Numbered from the stretch's first letter, positions 38,274 through 47,418 are shown. The stretch: DNA of 64,000 bases from an uncultured Candidatus Saccharibacteria bacterium (GCA_964654205.1 CAZZHR010000001.1:1953-65952); one strand, 5' to 3'. Made by a program: numbers and translations. The notes: a model not told the origin generated them from the sequence alone.

Positions 38274-38756
38274 ATGAAGGCTTTTCTCGCCGCTATGTTC
38301 CTGCTCGGTCTGCTGCGTGCAGCATCCGCGCAGGAGATGGTCTACACAATTAACAAAACATGGGCTGACGGGTACAGCTTTATGTTGAACTTGGCGGATT
38401 CGATGAAGTCAATGTGCAGCGAACCGCGCGCACATACCCCGCAGCGGTGCGCCGACGACTTCAACGCGGTGCACTTTCGCGCCGCGTACGCCGGTGGACT
38501 GCAGCTTCAGTTCCTGGGAGCGAGAGCCCTGGGCAACCTGGCCGAAGCCGCTGAGATTGAGAAGAGGTGGCTTCCTGCACGAGAGGAGTTTGTGAGGATG
38601 GCTCACGAACTGGACCGAGTTTACGGTCCACCGCAAACCACGTCGCAGGCACCGGCCACGTCGCCGACGCTCGCGGGCGACGGCAAGCCCGTCGGCAAGC
38701 GGCCTCCGCGCATCGACACCAATCCCCGGCGCGTCCCGACAGGGGCGCGGCAGTAG
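38274..38756 (+). CDS. small secreted hypothetical protein (160 aa)
   Basis: Signal peptide MKAFLAAMFLLGLLRAASAQE; own promoter and Shine-Dalgarno site. Confidence 0.5.
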   Translation: MKAFLAAMFLLGLLRAASAQEMVYTINKTWADGYSFMLNLADSMKSMCSEPRAHTPQRCADDFNAVHFRAAYAGGLQLQFLGARALGNLAEAAEIEKRWLPAREEFVRMAHELDRVYGPPQTTSQAPATSPTLAGDGKPVGKRPPRIDTNPRRVPTGARQ

Positions 38757-38851
38757 CTCGGCCGCAATGAAAGTTCTTTCAGGCGCACATCGCGAGATGT
38801 GCGCCTGATTGCTTTCAATATTGTGCGACGTGCGGCTGCTAGAATAGGTGC

Positions 38852-39766
38852 ATGGCAGGCGACCTCAAATCTCTCAAGTCACAATTCCTCGAATATTTGG
38901 AAATCGAAAAGGGTCGCGGCGTGAAGACCGTCGAAAATTACGACCGCTATCTCAATCGCTACCTCTCTTTTGCAAAAGCTACGAAGCCCTCACAGATTAC
39001 CGAGAGTTCGGTGCGCGAATTCCGCATCCACCTCAATCGTTCCGGGGGCGTGAGTGGCACGATGAAAAAGAACACGCAGAATTACCACCTCATCGCGCTC
39101 CGCGCGTTTCTCAAATTCCTCCGCAAGCGCGATGTCGAGAGTCTCAACCCGGAGCGTATCGAACTCGCGAAGACTGCGGGGCGCGACCTCGACCTCATCA
39201 CGGCGCAAGAGCTCGAGCGGCTCATGCGAGGGCCCAAAGGTGAAACGCTCCATGCGCTGCGCGACCGCGCGATTCTCGAGCTCCTTTTCTCTACGGGGCT
39301 GCGCGTCTCCGAGCTGTGCAACCTCAACCAAGACCTCGACCTCACACGCGACGAGTTCTCGGTGCGCGGCAAGGGGGACAAGGTGCGTGTCGTCTTTCTC
39401 TCGCAAAGTGCCAAAAAAGCAGTGGCTGAGTACCTCAAGAAACGCGGCGATTTTTCCGATGCACTCTTTGTGAGCTACGGTCGCGCTGGCAAGACCAAGG
39501 GCAAAGACCTCGCGCGCATCACTCCCCGCTCGATCGAGCGCATTGTGAAACAGTACGCAATAGAGGCAGGCATCACGCGCAAGGTCACGCCGCACGTGAT
39601 TCGCCACAGCTTCGCGACCGACCTTCTCAGCAACGGTGCCGACCTGCGCAGCGTGCAGGCGATGCTCGGCCACGCCAATATCGCGACGACGCAAGTGTAC
39701 ACGCACGTGACCGATTCGCACCTGCGCGATGTGCACAAACAATTCCACGGCAGGCGCAGAAAGTGA
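38852..39766 (+). CDS. xerC: tyrosine site-specific recombinase XerC/XerD
   Basis: 304 aa; N-terminal SAM-like core-binding domain, catalytic R...HxxRH...Y (HVIRHSFATDLL, LGHANIATTQVYTHV). Chromosomal dif-recombinase size and organisation. Confidence 0.85.
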   Translation: MAGDLKSLKSQFLEYLEIEKGRGVKTVENYDRYLNRYLSFAKATKPSQITESSVREFRIHLNRSGGVSGTMKKNTQNYHLIALRAFLKFLRKRDVESLNPERIELAKTAGRDLDLITAQELERLMRGPKGETLHALRDRAILELLFSTGLRVSELCNLNQDLDLTRDEFSVRGKGDKVRVVFLSQSAKKAVAEYLKKRGDFSDALFVSYGRAGKTKGKDLARITPRSIERIVKQYAIEAGITRKVTPHVIRHSFATDLLSNGADLRSVQAMLGHANIATTQVYTHVTDSHLRDVHKQFHGRRRK

Positions 39767-40280
39767 CTTGTTTATAGTCCGCCATGGCGAGCTATAAGCA
39801 ATGACAATGAATAGCGCCGTGATGCGTGTAAAAAGGGAAGAGCCGGCAAATCGTACCGACTTTGATCGTTGCTCCGTGCATATGGCGCGCGCAAAGAGTC
39901 TACACGTGAGCATGAACCGCGCGGGTTATTCGGACGAAGGCAGAAAAGATTAGTGCGCGGGTTTCGGGAAGAGCTGATGCGGTTTCTTATACTTCCTCGT
40001 TGACACTACCGAGGCCTTGCCCGAGACAACGTGTTTGGGCGGCGGAGCGACACGGAACATACCCGTCTTCGCCTCGCGGACTGTGTTGAGAGCGCTCCAC
40101 TCGGCGCTCCCCTTTTCCTGCGGCCTACCGAAGAGAGATTCTTGCGTATTCATACGCGTGTTGATTTGAAGATTCCTAATTCGCAGCGGCATGCGCTCCG
40201 CCGCGTACGCTTTTTATACCCCCGCGCCTGTGTCGAAAGGGTGAAGAAATTATTGCAACACAGCGTGGTATGGTGTCCGC

Positions 40281-41078
40281 ATGAAACTCGTCTCGTGGAA
40301 CGTCAATGGTATCCGGGCGGTGCACAAAAAGGGGCTCTTCGTGCCATTCGTTGAGAAACAGAGGCCCGACGTCATTTGTCTGCAGGAGACGAAAGCGGAG
40401 CAGGGGCAGGCGGAAATAGACCTCTCGGACTACGAGGAGTACTGGAATTCGGCTCGAAAGAAGGGCTACAGCGGTACTGCGATATTCAGCAAGGTGAAAC
40501 CGCATGCCGTGCTGCTGGACCTGCCAGAGGATATAGCGAAGAAGTACGACATGGCGGGTGACGGCTACGGGAATCCCAACGAGGAAGGCCGCATCATAGC
40601 GGCGGAATTCGATGATTTTTACGTCGCGACCGTCTATACGCCCAATTCAAAGGACGATCTCAGCCGTATTCCCCTCCGGCACACGCTGTGGGACCCGGCT
40701 TTCTTGGAGTACATGAAACGCCTCGAGGAGGAGAAACCGGTCGTATTTTGCGGGGACCTGAACGTCGCGCATACGCCAGATGACCTGGCCAACGACAAGC
40801 AGAACGAGGGCAAGAAAGGCTTTACTAAAGAGGAGCGCGAGGGTATCGACAATCTAATAGAAGCCGGATTTGTCGATACGTTCCGCGTGTTCACCCAAGG
40901 TAAGGGCCACTACACCTGGTGGAGTCACTTTTCAGCGGCGCGGGAGCGCAATATCGGTTGGCGCATAGACTACTTCTTTGTGAGCGAGGCGCTCGTACCG
41001 CACGTCAAACGGGCAAGGATACATGCAGACATATTCGGTTCCGACCACTGCCCCGTTTCCCTCGAGCTGGACATCTGA
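40281..41078 (+). CDS. xthA: exodeoxyribonuclease III (AP endonuclease)
   Basis: MKLVSWNVNGIRA..., QETK, WWSH and SDHCPV motifs of the ExoIII/APE1 family; 265 aa. Confidence 0.9.
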   Translation: MKLVSWNVNGIRAVHKKGLFVPFVEKQRPDVICLQETKAEQGQAEIDLSDYEEYWNSARKKGYSGTAIFSKVKPHAVLLDLPEDIAKKYDMAGDGYGNPNEEGRIIAAEFDDFYVATVYTPNSKDDLSRIPLRHTLWDPAFLEYMKRLEEEKPVVFCGDLNVAHTPDDLANDKQNEGKKGFTKEEREGIDNLIEAGFVDTFRVFTQGKGHYTWWSHFSAARERNIGWRIDYFFVSEALVPHVKRARIHADIFGSDHCPVSLELDI

Positions 41079-41081
41079 TCT

Positions 41082-41111
41082 GGGGAGATACGTTCTCCCC
41101 GTATTTCCTCT
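41082..41111 (+). terminator. rho-independent terminator of xthA
   Basis: GGGGAGA-tacgt-TCTCCCC then GTATTTCCTCT, 4 nt after the stop codon. Confidence 0.5.
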
Positions 41112-41470
41112 ATAGGACATAGTGAAGCACTAGATATCCACAGCCCTGTCCTTTACGAATGTCCGTTAGGGATTATCATGAACCTCAGTAGTCCTTTGAG
41201 CAAACTTGTTGTTCACATTCAACGAGTTCATATCGTACAAGAACTTTCATTCACAACATTGTAAGGAGTGCCTCTGTACTCCATTGAGAAAAAAAGTACT
41301 TGTAGACATGCAATTCGCGCTCTTTTTGAGCAACGAAAGATTGCTATGTAAAGTCGCCTGACGCAGGCGGCCCACAGTTGTTGAGAAACAAATGCTAGGC
41401 CACCCCGTCAGGCGATTTTTCTATTTGCGAAGCACATAGCCCTTCGTAGCTTTAGCGAAGAAGGGCGGAG

Positions 41471-42940
41471 TCAATCCACGTGGTGCTTCTGTCGCAATTT
41501 GGCCACTTCGGCCTTGTCTGCCTCCTCCTTTTTATCTTTCCCCTGCTCACCGAGCGCTTTGAGGTCCTTCTCCGGCATTGCCATGAGTTCCCCTACCCGC
41601 TTTTCGAGATATTCGGGGGTGTTTCGGGCGGGGTCGTCGAGGACTTCCTCAAGAAGTGCGTGGAGCGTCCAGCCATAGCGGGGCCCCGGCTGGTAGCCGA
41701 GTTGCTGGAGGCGTGCCCCATCGATTTTGAGCATGGATACCGAGATAGGGTCGCGCAATGCTTCGTCTATCATCGACATGTACTTGCGCAGGCGGAACGG
41801 GTGCTCTTTGGGCCTCCCTGTGCCGATGCGGTCGCAGACGCGGAGATTCACCAGGTCGTTGATGTTTTCAGTACCGACCCGCACGAGCAGACGCCGCACT
41901 GCGGAGAGCGTGACGAGGTCTGGGTCGGAGAAGAACATGTGCCAGCGGACGAGTGAAGCGACGGCATCGATAGTCTCCCTCGGAAATTTGAGATTGGCGA
42001 GGATTTTCTTGGTCATGCGCGCCGATACGACGTCGTGGCCGTGGAACGTCCAGTCGTTCTTGTCGTCAGACCACTCGCGCGTCGCGGGTTTGCCGATGTC
42101 GTGCAGCAGCGCTGCGAGGCGGACTTCGAGCGACCACTCCTTATCTGCCGCGTGTTGGAGACTCCGGAGCAAGTGCTCGAACACATCGAAGCTGTGCGCC
42201 TGATTCTGCGCGCAGCCGATGCCGTCCTCGAGTTCTGGGATGATGTGCTTCACGATACCGAGCTTCTGGGCTACGAAAATTGCCTGCATTGGTCGGGGGC
42301 TGAGGATTACGCGCTGGAACTCATCGCGTACGCGCTCTCGCGATATCTTGCTCAGCTGCGACGCTTGCGCTGCTGTCGCGGAAAGAGCTCCTGCGTCAAG
42401 AGCGAAATCGAGTTCGGCGGAAAGGCGAATGCCGCGGAGCATACGGAGTGCGTCTTCTTCAAAGCGCGCGGATGCGTCCCCCACCGTCCGCAGAATTTTC
42501 CACTGCAGGTCTTCTTGACCTCCGTGTTTGTCGACGAGTTCCCCCGTCGTCGCATCGTACGCAATCGCGTTGACGGTGAAGTCGCGTCGGTCGAGGTCGT
42601 CTTGCAGTGTGTCGCTAAAGCGCACCTCGTCGGGATGTCGCGCGTTGCTGTACTTCCCTTCGATACGGTACGGTGTCACCTCTATCACCTTCGTCCGCAT
42701 GTCCCCGGATTCGGTGACGACGCCGACAGTTCCGAAATCGTTCTCATAGAACGTCTCGGGAAAGAGCGCTTGAACCTGCTCCGGTCGCGCGTTGGTCGTG
42801 ATATCCCAGTCTTTCGGCTCTTTGCCGAGGAGAAGATCGCGCACGCAGCCGCCCACGAGGTACGCTTCGTACCCCGCTTTCTTGAGCGTATCGCTCACTT
42901 CGCGAACGACGGGAGGGACCGTCAGTTCTTTTTTTGTCAT
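41471..42940 (-). CDS. cca: CCA-adding tRNA nucleotidyltransferase with HD domain
   Basis: GGCVRDLLLGKEPKDWDITT (pol-beta nucleotidyltransferase head) and an HD domain (LLHDIGKP); 489 aa. Confidence 0.85.
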   Translation of the reverse strand: MTKKELTVPPVVREVSDTLKKAGYEAYLVGGCVRDLLLGKEPKDWDITTNARPEQVQALFPETFYENDFGTVGVVTESGDMRTKVIEVTPYRIEGKYSNARHPDEVRFSDTLQDDLDRRDFTVNAIAYDATTGELVDKHGGQEDLQWKILRTVGDASARFEEDALRMLRGIRLSAELDFALDAGALSATAAQASQLSKISRERVRDEFQRVILSPRPMQAIFVAQKLGIVKHIIPELEDGIGCAQNQAHSFDVFEHLLRSLQHAADKEWSLEVRLAALLHDIGKPATREWSDDKNDWTFHGHDVVSARMTKKILANLKFPRETIDAVASLVRWHMFFSDPDLVTLSAVRRLLVRVGTENINDLVNLRVCDRIGTGRPKEHPFRLRKYMSMIDEALRDPISVSMLKIDGARLQQLGYQPGPRYGWTLHALLEEVLDDPARNTPEYLEKRVGELMAMPEKDLKALGEQGKDKKEEADKAEVAKLRQKHHVD

Positions 42941-42971
42941 AGCGCTATTGTATACCGCTCGTAATGCTCTG

Positions 42972-43043
42972 TGCTCCCGGAGGGATTCGAACCCCCAATA
43001 ACAGTTCCGAAGACTGTCGTGATATCCGTTTCACTACGGGAGC
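42972..43043 (-). tRNA. tRNA-Arg (anticodon TCG)
   Basis: Reverse complement folds as a 72-nt cloverleaf GCTCCCG/CGGGAGC acceptor, D-arm GTGA/TCAC, anticodon stem ACAGT/ACTGT with loop CTTCGGA, T-arm GGGGG-TTCGAAT-CCCTC. Confidence 0.8.
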
Positions 43044-43328
43044 ATCGCTGGCTATCTTACTTCTTTTTTTGCTATGCGGATATGGGTATCTCCCGCGCCT
43101 CTCCGCCCGTACCGAACGGTACGTTCGGGCGGGTCGCGTCGCCGTCGCTCAATACGTTATCGGGGAATCGGTCAAGCGCTCGTCCTGTCACCGTCGTGAC
43201 AAGACTCCGCCTGACCACGCTCGCGTCGTCCCGCCTGCTGGCGGGTCCTGCGACGCTCACCTTCGATTCCCCGTCTCCGCTACAAAAACATAGTCGCCCG
43301 ACGCGGCGCGTCGTTCTCGTTGTTTTTG

Positions 43329-43399
43329 TGCGGATACGGGGAATCGAACCCCGATCTCCACCTTGGCAAGGTGGCGTTCTACCACTAAACCATATCCGC
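43329..43399 (-). tRNA. tRNA-Gly (anticodon GCC)
   Basis: GCGGATA...CCACC-TTGCCAA-GGTGG...CGGGG-TTCGATT-CCCCG-TATCCGC-A; 71 nt. Confidence 0.85.
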
Positions 43400-43445
43400 G
43401 CAATCAAACGCGCTGATTATACAGCACCTCGTCTCTCCGGCAACG

Positions 43446-44441
43446 CTACTTCCCTTTCTTTTGTTCCACCTTCGAGTCCGCGGATTTACTCACCACAGCT
43501 GGCGTGTTGCTCGACGGCTTGGCGGCAGGAAGAGGGATTATCTTTACGCCCGGATTTTGCTCTCTGTATGCCACCAGGAGTGACGCAGTCGCGATGATTA
43601 TCGCTGCGACCGGTACCCAGCCGGTCGTACGGCACGTCGGAAACACGACCCAAAAACTGAGCAAGAGCACGAGCGGCACAAGTACGAGGCCAAACGGCAG
43701 CCAGTAATTCCTTTCCGCGAGCGGGGGCTTTGAGAGTGCGGTGAGGGCAGCGATAACTACGTAGATAGCGAGCAGCAGGAACCAGAGCTGGATAGCCCCA
43801 TTGCCCTCGCAAAGGCCGCGAATCGGCGAGACGACTCCCCCGTCTATTGAGCCACCATTTGTGGTCGAGGTGCTCGGCGCGGTCGGAGCGACTGGTTTCA
43901 CGGGTGCCGACGGCTGTGCGGGCGTACCTGATCCCCCGTCGCTTCCACCAGAATTGCCGGTCGGACTGGTCGGAACGGGTGCCGTGACTGCGCCCGGGGC
44001 GTGGATGCTTCCGTCCGCCGCGACCGTAAATGAAATTACGGTCATGCAGGTCGGACTTGCCGGAGGTGACGAAAGAAGCGTTAGAGACACGGGAACACCC
44101 GTACCGATGCGCGTAGTCTCCACGTCCACATGGTGGCGTAAGAATCCGCCGCCATGGTTGAAGCGGGTCATGTAGCGGAACGGAACCCCCTCGCTTCCCA
44201 CCTGGCCGAGTACGGCAACGTACGTGGGGTCTGCGATAGTTACATCAAATGAGTGCAATTCCCCATCGCGCACATGAGCGACGACGCCTTGTGTGACCAC
44301 AAGCGGGCAGTTGTTGCTACCGAGTGGCAACAATTGAAGAGTTTGCACCGACGCCTGTGCTGCCGCAAAAGACGGCGCAGCAAAAGCAAGGATGGAGACG
44401 AGGCCTACGACGAACGCCTTGCGCGCTGCGACCTGTTTCAT
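43446..44441 (-). CDS. secreted hypothetical surface protein with C-terminal TM anchors
   Basis: Signal peptide MKQVAARKAFVVGLVSILAFAAPSFAAAQA; Pro/Ser/Thr-rich linker; C-terminal hydrophobic helices. Confidence 0.5.
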   Translation of the reverse strand: MKQVAARKAFVVGLVSILAFAAPSFAAAQASVQTLQLLPLGSNNCPLVVTQGVVAHVRDGELHSFDVTIADPTYVAVLGQVGSEGVPFRYMTRFNHGGGFLRHHVDVETTRIGTGVPVSLTLLSSPPASPTCMTVISFTVAADGSIHAPGAVTAPVPTSPTGNSGGSDGGSGTPAQPSAPVKPVAPTAPSTSTTNGGSIDGGVVSPIRGLCEGNGAIQLWFLLLAIYVVIAALTALSKPPLAERNYWLPFGLVLVPLVLLLSFWVVFPTCRTTGWVPVAAIIIATASLLVAYREQNPGVKIIPLPAAKPSSNTPAVVSKSADSKVEQKKGK

Positions 44442-44812
44442 ATGGATAGCTGCACGCTAGTACAGCGCCGCCGTAGCCGTCAAGTAATATATGTTGTGTA
44501 GAATGGCTCAACAAAGCCATTTTAAAGGACATGAAACATTACACTATCGGACAACTGACTCATTTACTGCGTAGATGCTTCCCGTGGAATCCTACGAAAG
44601 TGGCTTAAAGTATGCATAACTGTGGATAAACAAGTGGATATGTGGATAAAGGACATGTCTGAGAGATGGCATTGAATGCATATACATGTGCGCAATGTCT
44701 ATATTTTGAGCCATATTATCAGCATTCCGAGGTCCAATACGACCCATTACATCATTAAAGTTACTAAGTAACGTGGGTGGGGGGTTTTCACGTGAAAAGC
44801 TATACTGTAGGT

Positions 44813-45208
44813 ATGGCGGAGAAGTACTCTGCAAAGCGCCGATTAGGAAACGTGGGCGAGGATATTGCCGCCACCTTCCTCGAATCGAGGGGTTTCCAGA
44901 TTCTTGAGCGCAACTACCTGCGCACCTGGGGAGAGATAGACATTGTTGCTGTAAAGGGGGATTCGGTGCGGTTTGTAGAGGTAAAAGCTGTTTCACGTGA
45001 AAGCCTAGGCAGCATTTCACGTGAAAAGGAGGGGTACAGGCCGGAGGAACAGGTCCACCCGGCCAAGCTCAGACGGCTCTGCCGTACGGCGGAAATGTAT
45101 ATGAATGAGAAGGGCGACGAAAGGGACTTCCAGATAGACGTGGTCACGGTGTATATGGACACAAAGAGGCGAGTTGCCCGCTGCCGGCTCTACGAGCAGG
45201 TCTTGTGA
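44813..45208 (+). CDS. yraN: YraN/UPF0102 family endonuclease-like protein
   Basis: RRLGNVGEDIAATFLESRGFQILERNYLRTWGEIDIVA...VRFVEVKA...FQIDVVTV matches the UPF0102 (YraN) signature. ATG at 44813 preferred to the GTG at 44777. Confidence 0.7.
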   Translation: MAEKYSAKRRLGNVGEDIAATFLESRGFQILERNYLRTWGEIDIVAVKGDSVRFVEVKAVSRESLGSISREKEGYRPEEQVHPAKLRRLCRTAEMYMNEKGDERDFQIDVVTVYMDTKRRVARCRLYEQVL

Positions 45209-45373
45209 GCTCATCTGAGACGCGTACAGGTGGAGGAGACGCGTGGACGGTGCTGTGTGGGCGCAGAGGGCGTATAGGACAGTTTAAAGGACAATAATGT
45301 CCTTTATACACAATACGACGACTCGATCGGTAGAATCGCAGAACTGCCGAGCATAAGGTATCTAGCTTATTTG

Positions 45374-45444
45374 TCGGGCCGCCCAGAATCGAACTGGGTC
45401 TACTTGGTCCCAAACCAAGCGTACTACCGGTATACGACGGCCCG
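45374..45444 (-). tRNA. tRNA-Pro (anticodon TGG)
   Basis: CGGGCCG acceptor, anticodon stem CTTGG/CCAAG with loop TTTGGGA, T-arm CCCAG-TTCGATT-CTGGG; 71 nt. Confidence 0.85.
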
Positions 45445-45466
45445 CAGACGTTGGCATCCTATCACG

Positions 45467-46621
45467 TTATCGTGAGAGGTGAGATAGAAGTTTGTCGACG
45501 AGTGATGGGGCGGTGTTCGACCTGAACTCGGAAACCTGCACCTGTGGGTCCCGGCTGAGCATGGCCGTGAGCGAGCGGCCTGACTGCGCAGCCATGTCGC
45601 GTTCAATATAACTGAGTGAAATCGCGCGGAGTCGGCGCTCACCCGTGGTTTTTCCATCGCTCGTGGTGGTGATGATGCCGATGAGGCGCCCCCACGCGTT
45701 GAGGACGGCTCCGCCCGATGAGCCGCTCTGCGCTCCGATGACGCTTCCTACGGAGAGTACATCGACGGTGTTAGACCCATCAAGGGTGAAGAGCTCGTCC
45801 ACGGTCGTTATGCTTGTCACGGGGTAGAGGCTCATGCTGGCAGTTATCGCTCCGAGAAATTCCGCCGGATAGCTTGCGGTGAGTACGGCATCGTCGACAA
45901 AACCTATAGCCTCGCGAGTGTCCGGCTGAACGGCGGGAAAGGAGATGGGTCGTAGGCCTCCGTCGAGCGGGGAACCAATGTAGAGGAGGGAATAGTCGTG
46001 CTTGCCGGTACCAATCGGCCGCTCCTGCAGGAGCTCTGCTGCGTGCTCCTCAACCCAGCGTGGTGGGAGGTAGAGCACGTGCGCCTGCCAGCTCGATTTC
46101 GCTGGGGAGCCTGAGCGCAAGCGGCACTGGAGGTTGACTCTGCCGCTCTCTGCGAGCAGGACGTACTGCGCCACGTGCGCGTTCGTGAGTATGATGCCGC
46201 GAGGGTCGATGATTACACCACTACCGGATATCGGACGTATCGTGCCGTTCGTCGGCATGCAGAATATGTTGACGAGCGCGCTTCTGCCGATGACGTTGGT
46301 CTGCTCGAAAGGGAGTGGATTCGTGAAGTAGGGGTTCTCGATGCGGCGGACTTGATTGGGATTATCGGTCGTGGCCGCCGTGGCCTCCGACACCGTCTCT
46401 GACGTTTGCTCAACAGTCGCGCTCGCTGTTTGTATGACTTCGGTCGATTGCTCGGTAGGAAGGGAACTCGTCGCCGCTGTCGCGGCTGCGGACGCGCCGA
46501 CGTTGGCTGTCTCTTGGGGAGCGCTCGGCAGCGGGGGAGCGATATGAATGATAAGGAAAAGCCCACCGAGGAGAATGGCGAGCACTCCTATTTGCATAGC
46601 TATCGAAGGTCTGCCGTTCAT
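45467..46621 (-). CDS. trypsin-like (S1/HtrA-like) serine protease, membrane-anchored
   Basis: Signal-anchor start MNGRPSIAMQIGVLAILLGG...; catalytic-serine context GSSGGAVLNAWGRLIGI and the HVAQY/TNAHV His region. Confidence 0.65.
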   Translation of the reverse strand: MNGRPSIAMQIGVLAILLGGLFLIIHIAPPLPSAPQETANVGASAAATAATSSLPTEQSTEVIQTASATVEQTSETVSEATAATTDNPNQVRRIENPYFTNPLPFEQTNVIGRSALVNIFCMPTNGTIRPISGSGVIIDPRGIILTNAHVAQYVLLAESGRVNLQCRLRSGSPAKSSWQAHVLYLPPRWVEEHAAELLQERPIGTGKHDYSLLYIGSPLDGGLRPISFPAVQPDTREAIGFVDDAVLTASYPAEFLGAITASMSLYPVTSITTVDELFTLDGSNTVDVLSVGSVIGAQSGSSGGAVLNAWGRLIGIITTTSDGKTTGERRLRAISLSYIERDMAAQSGRSLTAMLSRDPQVQVSEFRSNTAPSLVDKLLSHLSR

Positions 46622-46772
46622 GTGCGGGCAACAGGAAGGAGAATCGCCCGCGACTCTCGGCATCTCCGTCGAGATGCCCCGGTCTGGGCACAGGCTCGCG
46701 GTTCGGCCTGCTGGCCTCACAACGCTCCGCCGTTCGATTCCCCCCGCATGCCTACGCATGCGCGAATCCTGG

Positions 46773-46843
46773 TGCGGGATGGGGGAATCGAACCCCCGAC
46801 CGCGGTTTGGAAAACCGCCGTTTTACCATTAAACTAATCCCGC
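46773..46843 (-). tRNA. tRNA-Gly (anticodon TCC)
   Basis: GCGGGAT-TA-GTTT-AATGGTA-AAAC-G-GCGGT-TTTCCAA-ACCGC-GGTC-GGGGG-TTCGATT-CCCCC-ATCCCGC-A; 71 nt. Confidence 0.85.
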
Positions 46844-46989
46844 CTCCACTCGCTGCGCGAGTTTCGGCGGGCACGCCCGCTAAAATCCGCGACGAGTCGC
46901 TCACACTGTACAGCATTCCTCTCTCAAAACAAAAACCGCCCCTCGGATGCCTCGGGACGGTCTTTGCAATATACTCGTTGGCCAACGAA

Positions 46990-47265
46990 TTATTTCACTG
47001 CGTCTTTCAAAGTCTTGGATGCGCGGAATTTCGGGACGCGCATAGACTTTATCTGTATCGTCTCGCCGGTACGCGGATTGCGGCCTGTCCGGCCAGCGCG
47101 AGTCTTCGCCTCGAAGATTCCGAGGCCGGCGACGGACACCTCCTTGCCCTCCTTGAGGCTCTCCGTAATCATCGCTATCACTGCTTCCACAGCACGTTCT
47201 GCATCCGCCTTGGTGCAGCCAATGGTCTGATGCACGCGATCAATCAGATCAGTTTTATTCGCCAT
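46990..47265 (-). CDS. hup: DNA-binding protein HU
   Basis: MANKTDLIDRVHQ...GLGIFEAKTRAGRTGRNPRTGETIQI...KFRASKTLKDAV is a canonical HU; 91 aa from the internal ATG. Confidence 0.85.
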   Translation of the reverse strand: MANKTDLIDRVHQTIGCTKADAERAVEAVIAMITESLKEGKEVSVAGLGIFEAKTRAGRTGRNPRTGETIQIKSMRVPKFRASKTLKDAVK

Positions 47266-47390
47266 AAAAATGTAGCTTTGATAATAAATAGGGCTCTGCC
47301 CCTTGCTATTTCGACCTACTGGCCATTGTGACCCCTCAGAAAGAGCTGTCAATTGGCTCAAAATGGACTATCCACAGGGGAGTCCATAAC

Positions 47391-47418
47391 AAAAAAAGGG
47401 GGGGTGCTACCCCCCCCA
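47391..47418 (-). terminator. strong rho-independent terminator (minus strand) after the 47937 gene
   Basis: On the minus strand: GGGGGGG-tagca-CCCCCCC followed by TTTTTTT. Confidence 0.65.

Noticed and set aside
38852-39766. XerC/D recombinase as a marker of an integrated mobile element
   Set aside because: Size and motifs fit the housekeeping dif-site recombinase. No flanking direct repeats, tRNA-adjacent att site, phage or transposase genes occur next to it.
39950-40192. 80-aa basic ORF on the minus strand between xerC and xthA as a ribosomal-protein-like gene
   Set aside because: It has basic composition but no recognisable family, no Shine-Dalgarno site, and lies in a GC-rich spacer where such frames arise by chance. 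There is not enough support to call it.
43044-43328. A fifth tRNA or tRNA pseudogene between tRNA-Arg and tRNA-Gly
   Set aside because: No segment forms an acceptor stem plus a T-arm with the GTTCGAnTCC box; the structure is a long helix, not a cloverleaf.
44985-45030. The TTTCACGTGAAA-containing segment of yraN as an inserted element disrupting the gene
   Set aside because: Alignment with canonical YraN shows the region has normal length (it corresponds to the [21 protein letters not shown] segment). The palindromes are therefore embedded in intact coding sequence rather than being an insertion.
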